From assembly GCA_965113315.1 (NCBI GenBank), contig OZ220369.1: DNA of 64,000 bases, one strand, 5' to 3'. A program made the position numbers and the translations under genes. Within the stretch, counting starts at the first letter, position 1; each line of letters opens with the position of its first letter. Source of the stretch: Podarcis vaucheri. Its lineage: Eukaryota. Below the pieces are notes generated by a model, which was given only the letters and a program-made list of their open reading frames with translations, did no database searches and was not told the DNA's origin. Positions 24,501 through 36,500 of this stretch are shown here, in pieces.

Positions 24501-27500
24501 AGCCTCGAGAGCTGGTGAATCTGTGAGCCTGAACACTGAATCATTTCTGACCTTGTGGAAACCACGTTTCAGCTTCCCATCTGCAAGTTGGTGGTGATGA
24601 TAACATTGACCTGCCTTGCTGGTTTCTGTAGTGCTTTCACAAGCAGCCTGTTGGGCACTTTTCTAGCCATGCCCCCACCCCAAAAACACATGAAGTTAAC
24701 AAATTTTCTGAATTTTGACCAAGACAGACTAGGGGGGAAAGGTGTCGTGAATGACCTCTCACTGATAGGAGCACAACATCTGGAAGGCACCTGGTTGGCA
24801 AAGGCAGTCTCAAGCTAGTGCTTAAATGAGCTGTAAATTCTTTGTGACAAGGAAGCCCCTTCTTTGGCACCCTAGAATCATCAGTTTGACCGCTGGCCCG
24901 TTGGGCAGCTCCTTTCACACTTGCTCCCCACTGAATGCTCAATAGAACCAAGTGCTTCTTTGCTGCCAACACCTCCGCAGGGGTGGTTGACGTAGGTGGC
25001 TGCAGCAGCGAGCGGCCTTGGTCACAGTTCTGGCCAGTTCTGTTGTGACCCAGCACAGCCACTCTGAACCTGGAAGGAGGGCAGCAACTGCCAGGTTGGA
25101 GTGGCTGCCCAGTTGCTGCTCTGCTGAGTGCTTAGAGGGACCCAGCTGCACTTCTTAGGGTTCTCCATTGAGGAGGGAGGCAGGTGTAGCTGAGGTTGTT
25201 GGTATTCTGTGGGGTGGCTGATGGAGAAGACATTGGGGGAATGATACGCACATTTTAAGGGCATTTTTGGCAGGGTTCTGAGTCACTGCAGCTGCTATGA
25301 CTCTCTTGGCCAAGTAGGAAGGAGTCTCGGGGGGGGGGGTGTTTGTAGAGCTGCCTGGGCTGACAGGCATTCATAGTTGTTGCTCTTAATTTAATAATGA
25401 TGGTGTTAATTTAATATTTGTTTCGCTGTTTTTAATTATGCATGGGTGGGCTGTCGCTTGTTCTCTTTCTGGTTGTTATAAAAACATTGCAACAGTAAAT
25501 GCTCTTAAAATACACGTCTTTACTTCTGTTTTTGCAATATAAGTTAGAATATATCTAAGAGCCTTGTTGAGACTTGATGTATCCATGAAACAATCTCTGC
25601 TTCTAGATGTCAAGATTAGAAATTAAACCTGGTCTTTGAACACCTTGCACATTTCTTGAGTTCCCCCAGCTGTACAATGGGGCTTTGGGTTGTAACTCCT
25701 CCTTCTGGGATATGCAGGGTCACCTTGGGGTAAGACTCTGGGCAGGGGGTGGAGCAGGTAACGGGGACTGGGCAATTTTTAGTCTTTATTTCTTAAATAC
25801 ATAACCCATCTGGTGCCCCAGGCAGTTAACATTGGATAATAATAATAATAATAATAATAATAATGGCAATAAACAAGGCAGGTAAAATCACTTCTATAGA
25901 ATTAATTAAATACCACTAGCACTAGAATAAATTTAAACAATTTATAGGTACTGGAGTCAAACACCTGTCAGGATAAAAATGCACAGGTGCATCTCACATT
26001 ACGTCAGGGTTATGATCCTGGCTGTCAAGTGCAAAGGCAAAAACATGTAAAACTAGAACAGCCTCTGGAATGGTCCCACAAGACCATCCCTACCTGTCCA
26101 AAAGCAGTGCTGAGCAGGCCTTGCCCCTGCCCCTCCATGTAAGACACCTCATCGTTCTCACTAAGCTGTTGGCTCACAAGGCCTTGCAAGGGCGCTCATG
26201 AGATCTTGGACTAGGCTTCCAGGGTTTTTTTCTTGCTCTTCTGCCCCTTTTTATTTTTTAAAAAAATCAGTGATCCATGTAAGGTATGATCAAGAAAGTG
26301 AAATCAGCCTAAGGTGCGATCTACCTGTATTTTCTTGCTGGCAGAAGGGATTATATAGACTCCCCTTGATATGGGAGCTCTAGACATTGGGAGCAGACAC
26401 TGAAGGGGCTCCCCACTTAGGAGCCCATCAAATGTCCTTTGGGTGTTCACAGGACAGAAAGAATAGCCCCTCTGGAAAATCTTGATGTCCAGACCTCATG
26501 TGAGAGACTGTAGTTACTGGGAGTGAGCCACATTCTGCTTTATGTCTGGCCAAAGGCAAAAAATAAAAAATGAAGATGTTGCATTCAGTCAGTTCATGAT
26601 AGCTGATCTGAAAGTCAGAGGCTGGCTGCAAAAGCTTTGAGTAAATGGCAGCCAGAAGATTTCTCAGCCTTGCGACTCCCACAAGACTAGTCCTCTTCTT
26701 TCCTAGTGGTGCTTCAGTGCCCCTTGAACCAATCCCCTCAGTTGCTGCCATTGTCTTTGGTGACCCTATAGCAGAGGTGGCCTTCTAGTGTTCAGTCCCT
26801 TATTTACTGACTTGTGCAAGACAGTTGGGTTTCAGATATTAGTGGCAAAACCTTTTTTGTAAATAGCGAGTGGCCCTCTTGACTGTGAGTTTAGAAAGGC
26901 ACCAAGAGTCCAAAGGGGGATGTTCAGGTGGTCCCTTGACAGTAGTGACAGTAGGCACCAGGCTCAGCCTAGCTTGTGGGGGTGATGCGTGCGCTCCACT
27001 CGTTGCATTGGCTGCTGAATTGGGCTTGCATCCCAAGATTCCCATTGTACATCTTGCATCTCCACCCCTCATGCGCACATAACAAGGCTCTTTAGGGTAA
27101 AAAACGAATGCTGTGGGGCGGAGGGAGCTCCAACATAGTTCTCAGGACTTGAGACATTGTCTTTTGATTTATCCTGTAAATGCATATCCATGTTGTTAAT
27201 CAGCGTCTTCGAAGCAACCTTGGCAAAGAAATCCACAAAAGGGCCCGTAGTTCACTTTTTTCACATCTACGCTGCTTGCACATGGGAGCCCTTTGTAGCT
27301 CCAAAAAGTCCCCCCCCCTCTGTGAGGAGGGGGTTCTTAGTGCCAAGGCAAGTGGCCCTTGAAGCCAAACTGCCCTATTAGGAACCACCAAAGAGAACAG
27401 ATAGGGTTTGGGGGCTCAGACTCCTTTTGTATTGCCGAATGGGTGGCAAGCAAACTTGACAGAAAAGAGCAGCACATTGCTTGCTTAATCCCAATTTCTT

Positions 27501-30500
27501 CCTTCAGTAACCTCTGGGCTGAGAATTGAGGACTCTGGGCAGGGAGGTGCGTGGGGGTTTCTGCAGTTCCTCTTGGAAAGTGAGAGTGCGTGGATAATTG
27601 ATGCAAATTCATTCTGATTTGACGAGTTAAATGGCCCTTTCTAACTCTTCCATTTTTTCCCCCCAGAAGAGAAGCCTAAAGCAGATCCAGTATTAAAATC
27701 TCCTTCCCCTGCCCTCAGACCAGAGCCTAGTGGAGAGAGGAAAGATCAAATGGGCCTGACAGCAGAGACCCCGACCACCTCCTCCTCCGAGACCTCAACA
27801 GAGCTTCCTCTCACGGCTTTGCCCTCCCCTGCGGTGGTCATTGCTGCCGCCGCCACTCCTCTGCCTCCTAAATCAACGTTTGCACCAGACTCAGAGGATG
27901 GATGTGAACTTGCTTCCTCGAAACAGGAAGCTGCACCTCTTCACAGTGCTGCGCCCTGCTTGGAAGTGCCCGTCTGCCCCCCAACAGATGACGCCAGCAC
28001 GGATATAGGCAGGGAGCCCCCTAGAATAGTCCCCAACGACCTCCAAGTGACTGCTAGTACTAATCTAATTACTGAACTGAATGGAGTTAGTGAAAGGGTC
28101 ACAGTGACTGATGGCATCTTGGAACCAGATCAACCAGAGGCAGCTGGACCCTTGGCTGTGGATCTGGAGAGCCCAGAGGCACCTCTGGACGAGGCAGAAA
28201 GTGTGCCACTTCCAGCTTCCGTCGCTCTTCCGGCTGTTCCGTCTCTGCCTCCATCTCCTCCTCCCAGCCCTCCTCCCGTTTCTGCCGCTGCTACTGTTAG
28301 AGCGACGAGCCCTCTTCCTCCGCCACCATCTGCTTCTCCTCTCCCACTACCTGGTGCTCTCCCTGCTCTTCAGGGGGATTTAGAAGGAGAGGAGGCCACA
28401 AGAACTACCCTTGGCGAAGACACCCAGGAAAATCTGGAGAAAGAAGAGGTGGAGGTAGACGGACAACCGGAGGACAATGCAGACTCTCAGGGCTTGAATT
28501 CAAAGAAGGGCCCCGGAGCAGGTGAGTGTCCTCACAGGGGGTCACAATGGTCTCTCCCAACTCCTTAAAAGTCTGTGGTACAGTTTATTCAGAGCCTGGA
28601 CAGCTTTGCGGGGGGGGGGGGGGAGGTTGGCTGCACAGGGGAAATAGGATCAGTTGCCTCAACTCCATGTGTGAGTGTGTGCTTTCTCTTGTTTGGTTGC
28701 AACTTGGAAAAGGATCTAGAGATGTGTATTTCAGAGGGCAGCTAAGTAGGCCCAGAGGAGGCCGGATGGGTGGGAAATTTGCCCAGTTCCTTAGATTTGT
28801 TTCAAATCCTGAAGGGGAGACAGGGACTGATGGGGACGGGGTAGGCTTGTTTCCTTCCCCACAATGAACAGGGCTTCTGTGGTATGATGAGCAAAAGCGA
28901 GAAACAGCCTGTGAAAGTGGTTTGTTTTTATGCTTCCTGCTTTATCTAGCAGAAAGCAGGCAGAACAACCATTTAGGGAGAGCTGCATTGGTGGGTGGGT
29001 GGCAGACTTGGGATGGTTCAAATTATTATTAAAAAAATTCACAAAACCCACCTTCTTTTCTGGCTCAGAATCACTTCCCATATTATTCATTTTTAAGTTA
29101 TTTTTATCCTACATCTTTAGAATTGAGCTTTTTACCTTTGCCCTGTTCCCTTTCCTTTTACATAAAAAGAAACCCAAGCAGTCCCCAGAGTTGCTCACAA
29201 ATGATTTTTGAGATTACTTGCCAACACCTCTTTAATGTTAAAAGTTTCACTGTGTCTCTGAGAAATATGTAGGGTATTTGAATTGCATTTCTTATCAAAG
29301 AGATCATCGCCCCAGTTTGAGGTAGTTTTCTTTTAATTTTCTCTAGTTGCACAGCTTTGCCAAAATATTTTCTCTTTCTTCTCTCTCTCCCCCCCCCCCC
29401 AATAGAAGCCAATTATGGGATGTTGGTGGCTTGTGAGGATTTGAGGAAAGTCAGCCAGCAGCAGCAGCATATGGGGTGTGGAGTTTAGATGGGAAGTAGG
29501 AAAAGCCCCTCTTTTTTTCTTGTGTCAGTGTAGCACCTGCTTCTTCCTGCTTCTCACCAAGATTTTTGTGTGAGTTGGAAGCTGCCTCTCCAGGGTGCTT
29601 GGGTGCCTTAGAAGGTGTGCTTGGATTGTTGTCCTTTCAGACTTGGGCCCTTCACAATCACGTCTCTTAATCACTCTCTTGATCTGGGGAAGATTGCAAC
29701 GCTTTCCCTCTCATCTGTGTTGCAGCTCCCTGCGTGGGCATGCGCTGAAGTGGTGGAAAGTAGGGAAGCCAGCTGCTGTAATGCTGCAAAGGACTTGGTT
29801 TGGCAGTGGAGCCTCCTTGCCAGCAGAGATGCTGACAGCACCAAGACATGACTTGGGGGTCTCAGTCTCTGAAATGGCTCTTCACACCCAACTGCCATTG
29901 TCTGAAGGCTGGTGCCATTCCTTCCTCATCTGCAAACATGGGGCTGCTGCCACCACAGACGGAGGTAGATGGTAGTTCCTCCCCCCTCTCACCCAGTGCC
30001 ATGGGGTGCCTCATATGGCCATGGCCTGGACTTGCACACACCCTTCCCAGGGTTCCTCCTGAGCCTTGCCTGACAAGGCAGTATGTCATAGTCTTCTGCC
30101 ATCGCATTATGACATGGCAACAGGGCTGTGCTCCGGTCAAGCCTTAAGTTTCATCCCTCAGACCTCCCTGCGATCCTTTTGTCCTTGGTCATTGGCGGCC
30201 AGTGCTAGTGGAAAGGGAGGCCGTGAGCTGCTTTGTGGGGTGGCCACAGAATTTGCAGTTCCTGTCCTGGTGGGAGAATCCCAGGTATGTGCTTAAGGCA
30301 GGTCACCACTAGCATTTCTAAGCAGTGGCGTTTGTCTTCTGGGCATCTCCCCAGGTGGGAGGAAGCACTGGGTTCATTACTGAACTCTGCAGTTAACTTG
30401 AAGGGGACTCTGGGGGGAGCGGGGAGAGAGAAAACACTTAAGAGGAACCTTGGCTGGGCTTTATGGCCATCAGTTGTTAAAAAGAGAAGCATCTGGGAAT

Positions 30501-33500
30501 GTTTTAATAACCGTGACTCCAGGCATATGAATGGCTGTTCTGCAGTTCTAATGACTTCTACTTAGGCTGGCTCTGAATTGCTAAAGTCCAAAATATCTTG
30601 GGTTGGTCTGTCAGGTGCAGCTGAGAAGCATCCTGTGTTGCTTTATCAGTCTTCATTGCCTTTATTTGTGGGCGTACAAAGAAGCCACTGCACAAGGAAG
30701 CTCCTCTCCACTATCCTCTGTTTCTATCAAGCTTAAATATTGCAATTAGAAGGAAGGAGGGAGGTTTAGGGTAATTAAGCCTATTACAATTTAATGCACA
30801 GATGGGAGGTAACTCTTGCTTTGTGGCTTGTTTTGAGGAGTAGGTGAAAAGTTGCCTGTTGCACAGTTATGCGGGTCATTTGTGTGTCCACCAGTAACTA
30901 GTTTCTATAGAAAGTCCTGACCATTTTCTGAACTGGCGGAAGTGAATTTAAGCCCATTGTGGCTGCAGCAGGGCAGGGTGTGGGGAGCACATTTTGCACC
31001 GGCCTCCAGAGGTAGTAGGTGGTGAGCTCTTTGTAGATAGTTTTTTTTCTACTGAGATGGGTCTGACTAATTTCACCAGCTGAAATGCTGTACTCATTCC
31101 TGGAAGGATAAGACCACCAATAGGACACAGTGGCTGTGTGCTTCCTTCCTACTCAGAGGCCGCTTGCTTCTGAATACCAGTGGGTAAAACAGGCCACCAA
31201 AAAATCTCTGTTGTTTTCTGCAAGTAGACCAGGAACCCCCGTGCATTTCAGTCGGTAGACCTGGCTTCTGAGAATCCCCATCCTCACTAAATAGCAATCG
31301 CTGGGGAAGAACAGCAGGACTGAGGGTTAAGTTATTTTCCTTGGGTCAAAGCTGGCCAGGCTCTTTGTCCCCTCGTGCTTTGTCACAGCTCTCTGGGTCC
31401 ACCATCTCTTCCAAGCTGATGCTGTTAACAAGCTGCTAACCCTTTGGCACATTTTAAGGTGCTCAGACCTATTTCTGCTCTTGTTGCCAACAGAAACAAT
31501 ATTAAGCAAAGAAGAATGGGCACTCATGGTTCTCCAAAGCCGCCTCTCTATATAGGCCCTGTTGGTGTTTGCCCTCTGGTGTTGGAGGTGTAGAACTGCA
31601 CTGTGGCTGTGTTTTGACTTGGTGTGGGTGGCATGAGAGAAAGAGATAATTGAGATGGAGGAATCTGCTCTTCCAGGTTGGAAGCACAATGAATCATCTT
31701 TTCAAGGGGCATTTAAAATTACACTGCAAAAATCAATTGCTCTCAGTGTTTCATTTACAAAGTCTCATACCAGAGGACTTACATAGGCAGCAGCTTTGTG
31801 TCCCCACTGCACCCCACAGCTGCCTATTGCTGTGTCTTGCCTTGGACCAAGGAAGAGGCAACAGGGCCAGGGCCACGCTTCCGTAAATTGTCAGGAAGTC
31901 AGAGGAACTTCAGTGAGGGGCAGAAGTGTCACCTCTTGGTTCATTTGCAGCTCTAGAATATTTTGAATTGTTTTCCTAATGGCAACTGTCAACGTGACCC
32001 TTTTCCCCTTGTCTTCAGGTTGTTTCTGTGAGGCTGAAGCAAGTTTCTCCCCTCCCCCTAGTTTTAAGCTTACTGGAAAAGGGGAGCCCGTGCTCAAGGC
32101 CGTTCTGTTCCAAGCAGGCTCCAGATTTGGCAAATAACCTGTCCAACTTTATCTTGTAGCCCAAACAGCTGCAACTGCACCAAAGATTTGGAACAAACCA
32201 AAAGAGCGGAGCCAGGCCGCTGAGGAGGGGGTGGAGGCCGAACCCGAGGTAAGGCGGGCAGGAGGGCGGAGAGGTGGGGTGCTCAGGAGCCATCGTGCTG
32301 CCAAGTTTCAAGGGATTCTCTGGCCCTTGAGGTGAACCTACTAAGCCAGGGAGCCCCAGAAGTTTGCCTAGTTTCTGATTTTGAGTGACTACCCTTGTAG
32401 AGAGGGACAAGTTGAGGAAAATGTTAAGAGCGCTACAACCTTCACCAGACTCCCATTAGCCAGCTAGGACTGGCAGTCCAGGAAATCCTGAGGGCAGCAG
32501 GTTGGCAGAGGCTGCAGTATTGTTTACTAGTGGAGCTTTTAATCAGTTCTGCTAGGGAAGTGTTGATTGGGGGGGGTGTCAATTGAAAAACAAAATCCTT
32601 TTTTAAAAATCATTTGGGCCATTCTGGACGCTTTACAGCAACAGGGCATTGTCAGTACTTTGGAAACTTATTTCAAAATGATAGAAACTGGAGAATGCCT
32701 GTTGTTTTTTAAAATGAAATCCATAATCTATTTGGCCAGTGTTTCCCTTTTTCAGACTGAGTGCCTTTCTCCCTCATGGGCAACCTTCCAGGGGCCAGTG
32801 GAGGGCAGGGCCATGGGCATAAAAAAGTAGGCAGGGCAGTAGATGCAACTCCCACCCTTTGTACAGTCATGCAGGATTCTACATGCTGCTCTATCTAGGC
32901 AAGTGAGAAGTATTCTCACGGCTCCAGCCAGGTGTGCAGCAGCAGAGCTAAGGAAAGGGGCATTTCCTTGGAAGAGTCCCAAGGACCAGTAAGAGGAGTC
33001 TGGAGGGCCACATGCGACTTCCAGTCCTTAGTGTAGAGGCAGCAGAGCTTTGTTTATTGAGTGCTAGGCAGAGAGTAGGGCGCTGATTTGGGGCTTGCTT
33101 GCTGTTTCAGCCTAAAGCAGAAGTGGAACCTGGAGGTGACAGGATACTTGAATCTGAACAAGAGGCAATGAGCCAGAAGACTTGCCCTAGGAGGGACTCC
33201 CACTCTGACCTTAAGGTAGCAAAAGCTGCGGAGGAGAATGGTGAGCAGGAAGGGGAGCCCATTCGCAACGGTGCTGAGAACGTCTCCGAGGGGGAAGGAG
33301 GTGAGGGGAATTCAGGCTGCGCAGAGAGTCCCAGTAAAACCCCGTCCTGCCAGTATAAGCCAGGTAAGTACCAGTCACCCTCTGCTCAACTTACCCCAGA
33401 GGTTGGGGCATACTCAGCAGTCCGTGGCATGGGCTGTTACTCCTCTGCCTCTTTGGGGGGGAAACAGCATTTCTCCTAGCAAAGGGGTGAGAGAAAGTAA

Positions 33501-36500
33501 TGGGAAAGGGGCCTTAGCTCAGTGGCAGAGTGACCTGCTTTGCATGCAGAAAGCCCCAGATTCAGCCCTCGGCAGCATCTCCAGGGCAGGGAGAATTGCT
33601 GTCAGTCAGTGTAGATGATACTGAACTAGAGCAACAGAGTAAGGCAGCTTCCTATGTTCCTATGTAACCAGGAAAATGTTGAGCAAGCTCAGAGAGCGAG
33701 AGAGCGCCTTCCCAGCAGAGGGCTTGGTGTCAGCTTCTGGACTCAGGGTGATTCTTTGAGTCAAATCTCCAAGCCACCTCCGGAATTTAAGGGCTGCTTC
33801 ATGCAGTTGGCAGGCATGCCTTATTTCTTGTACACCTGAGCCGGAAATGGACAGTTGGCTATGACTTGCCAGTATTTTGAAAGAAGTGGCTAGCTGCAGG
33901 TGGAGTGAGCCCCGTGTGAGGTGGCCTCTCCAGAAATAGATTTCTGGAGAGGAAGGCATCACTCCATGTCAGTTCTTTTCCTGCCTGGAATCCTGCCTTT
34001 GCTGCTTGGTTCCCTGAGATTCTGACTCTAAATCCGTGTGGATTCAGCAGGGCACGTGGTGGAGCCCACACTGGCACCTCCAGGGCCCTAGCTGGCAGCC
34101 ATCACTGCACTTATGCCTCCCGACTCCCTTCCAGGCTTTTTAATTTTTCATGTGGTGCCAGAGCTCTCGTTTCCAGGATGTCAAACTTGTGGCTCCAGAT
34201 GTTTGCCTCCCTTTAAAGAGCACTTCATTGGTGGTTAATTCCTGAAAATGACCCTTTGAAAGACTGAAACATATAAATTCTTTATAGAATATCTGCTGGA
34301 CCTAGACTACAAATCTCTGCTGCGTTGCCCCTCTGTGTGATAAAAGTGACCACCTGTAGCTCTTTGGGCAACCTATGCTCTCTGAGCCTCCAGGTGCATC
34401 TGCACAGAGCAGAGTGCACAACTGTCCCTCTGCTGCATGCACTGCTGCTGCTTGTACTGTGCTTCCCAAGGATTCTTTAGAACAAAGCTACAAAACCTGT
34501 GGACGGCTGTCCCGGTGCTGTCCTGATCCTGCTTCTTCCCCTTCAGCATCAAACCCTTCTCCCCCCCTATGTAAAGAGATGCGGGGGGGGGGGTCCCCTC
34601 AGTCAAGAAAGGGCTCAAGCAAGGCTCTCTGTGACCAAATGGATGCAAAGCCAGACCTCCCCAATCAGAGTGCAACATTCTTTTTCCATGGAGCCATGCA
34701 CTCATTCCCTCGACCATTTCGTGACTTCCCCACAAAATAGGGACAGGGTGAGGCAAAGGAGAAAGATCCCCATGACCACAATTCTAATTGGAGCAAGGGG
34801 GCCTTGGTGGGAAAACATGGCGCAATGAATTGCCCCATCCTGAGGCTGGTGGTGTCATTACAGAGCAGTGGAAGCCCCAGGACTCCGAAGGGAAGAAGCA
34901 GTACGACCGGGAGTTCCTCTTAGACTTCCAGTTCATGCCTGCCTGCATCCAGAAGCCGGAGGGGCTGCCGCCCATCAGCGATGTGGTCCTTGACAAGGTA
35001 TGGGGCTAGTGTGTAGGCAGAGGAAGTGAGTTTGTGGTGGCAGCTGAAGGTCAAGAGAAAGGCATGCCTAGTGTTTTAAACTGAGAACTTGGATTTTGCA
35101 ACATTTTGAAGACCTGGTCCGATTTAATAAGGCACAAGAGGAAATGCTGCCACTGGACTGGGTTTAAAACTAAATGATATGTATGCATCTTCCCCAAAAC
35201 ATTCTTCTAGCCTCAGGAAGCAGAAAACCCCCAATTCCCTTCCCCTGAGCTGCCTCTCTGTCAACAGACAGAAGCTTTCTGGTGGTGGGGTAGTTAGATG
35301 GCCCTGAACTGCCGTGACTCAGTTTGCTCAGCTTTAGCAGGCACCCCCCTCAGAGGTCAAGTTAGAAGGGGAATGGATCTTGATGGGCAGGATGAGTCAT
35401 TGGCTGTGCGTTTTGTTTTCAGCTGTAGCTCTTGAGGCTACTTGGGAGTATCTACCAAATGCTGCTGTCTGTGCAGACGGTTGCTGCATGGCTACCTGTA
35501 ACTTTACATTTTTCTGCCAATACAGATCAATCAGCCAAAACTGCCTCTTCGAACTTTGGATCCTCGGATATTGGCACGGGGTCCAGATTTCACACCAGCA
35601 TTTGCTGATTTCGGAAGACAAATCCCTGGAGGGCGGGGCGCACCTGTAAGTGTCAGAGTTACATCCACAGTTAGAAATGACCTTTTGCCTTTTCCTTCCA
35701 GAATCTGAAGCAGCTGCCAGTTTGGGAACTCTGCTGCAATCACGTTTTCTCTCTTTCCTTCCTCCTCTTCCCTTTTCCTCCTCCCTCCGCTGGTCTGTGC
35801 CTTTCCTCATTCTGTCTTCCTTCCCATCCCTTACTTTGTTCTCACATCTTTCTATCACCTGTAAGGCTCCTCATGTGCTTCCTTGACTCTATTTGACTGG
35901 AAAATAGTGTGTTCGCCTCTGAAGGAGTCGATTGGTTCTGTTGACACAGGTGGGAAGGAAGATAGCCACCTGCTTAGTATTCTGCTGAGGTTCTGCTTCT
36001 TGAGCTCCTTTGGTTTCTGTATAGCGGGGGGCTGGAAATAGGGAGCGGGAGGCCAAGCAGGGACGATATGGGGCTGGGGGGGGGGAGAAGCAAAAGAAGA
36101 GGAGAAACCTTCTTAAAATAATTATGGTGAGTCAGGTAAAATAAGTTCTTTGCAAGTGGCATCTGCTTCTTGGCTTGCGGAACAGCCATCCAGCTAATGG
36201 GTTTTTAATGGGAAATGACAAAAAATGGGGGGTGTGTGTTAAAATTTAAGCTAAAGACCTACCTTCTGAAGTTGTGATGCCCATCTGCTCTAACAGACGC
36301 CTACATGGGCATGTCAGGTCTTTCTGTGTCAGCCTGTGGATAATACCTTCCTTTCCCCCACCCCTTTCTTTCTTTTTACAGGCCTGCAAAGTGCAGCCCC
36401 CACCTGGACTCCAGCCCCTTGCTCGGTGTGGGCCCCCAGCATGCCCTTTGTTGGTCTCATCTCACCCACAGCTGAGGAACTTGACCATAGGGGTAAGCCA

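Noticed and set aside
27615-27655. Branch-point region resembling a CR1 tail (ggccctttctaactct)
   Set aside because: The match is too short to separate from an ordinary branch point plus pyrimidine tract.
33510-33585. tRNA-Cys-like (and at 4853 tRNA-Ile-like) sequence as real tRNA genes
   Set aside because: Degenerate B boxes, broken stems and attached SINE bodies or tails.
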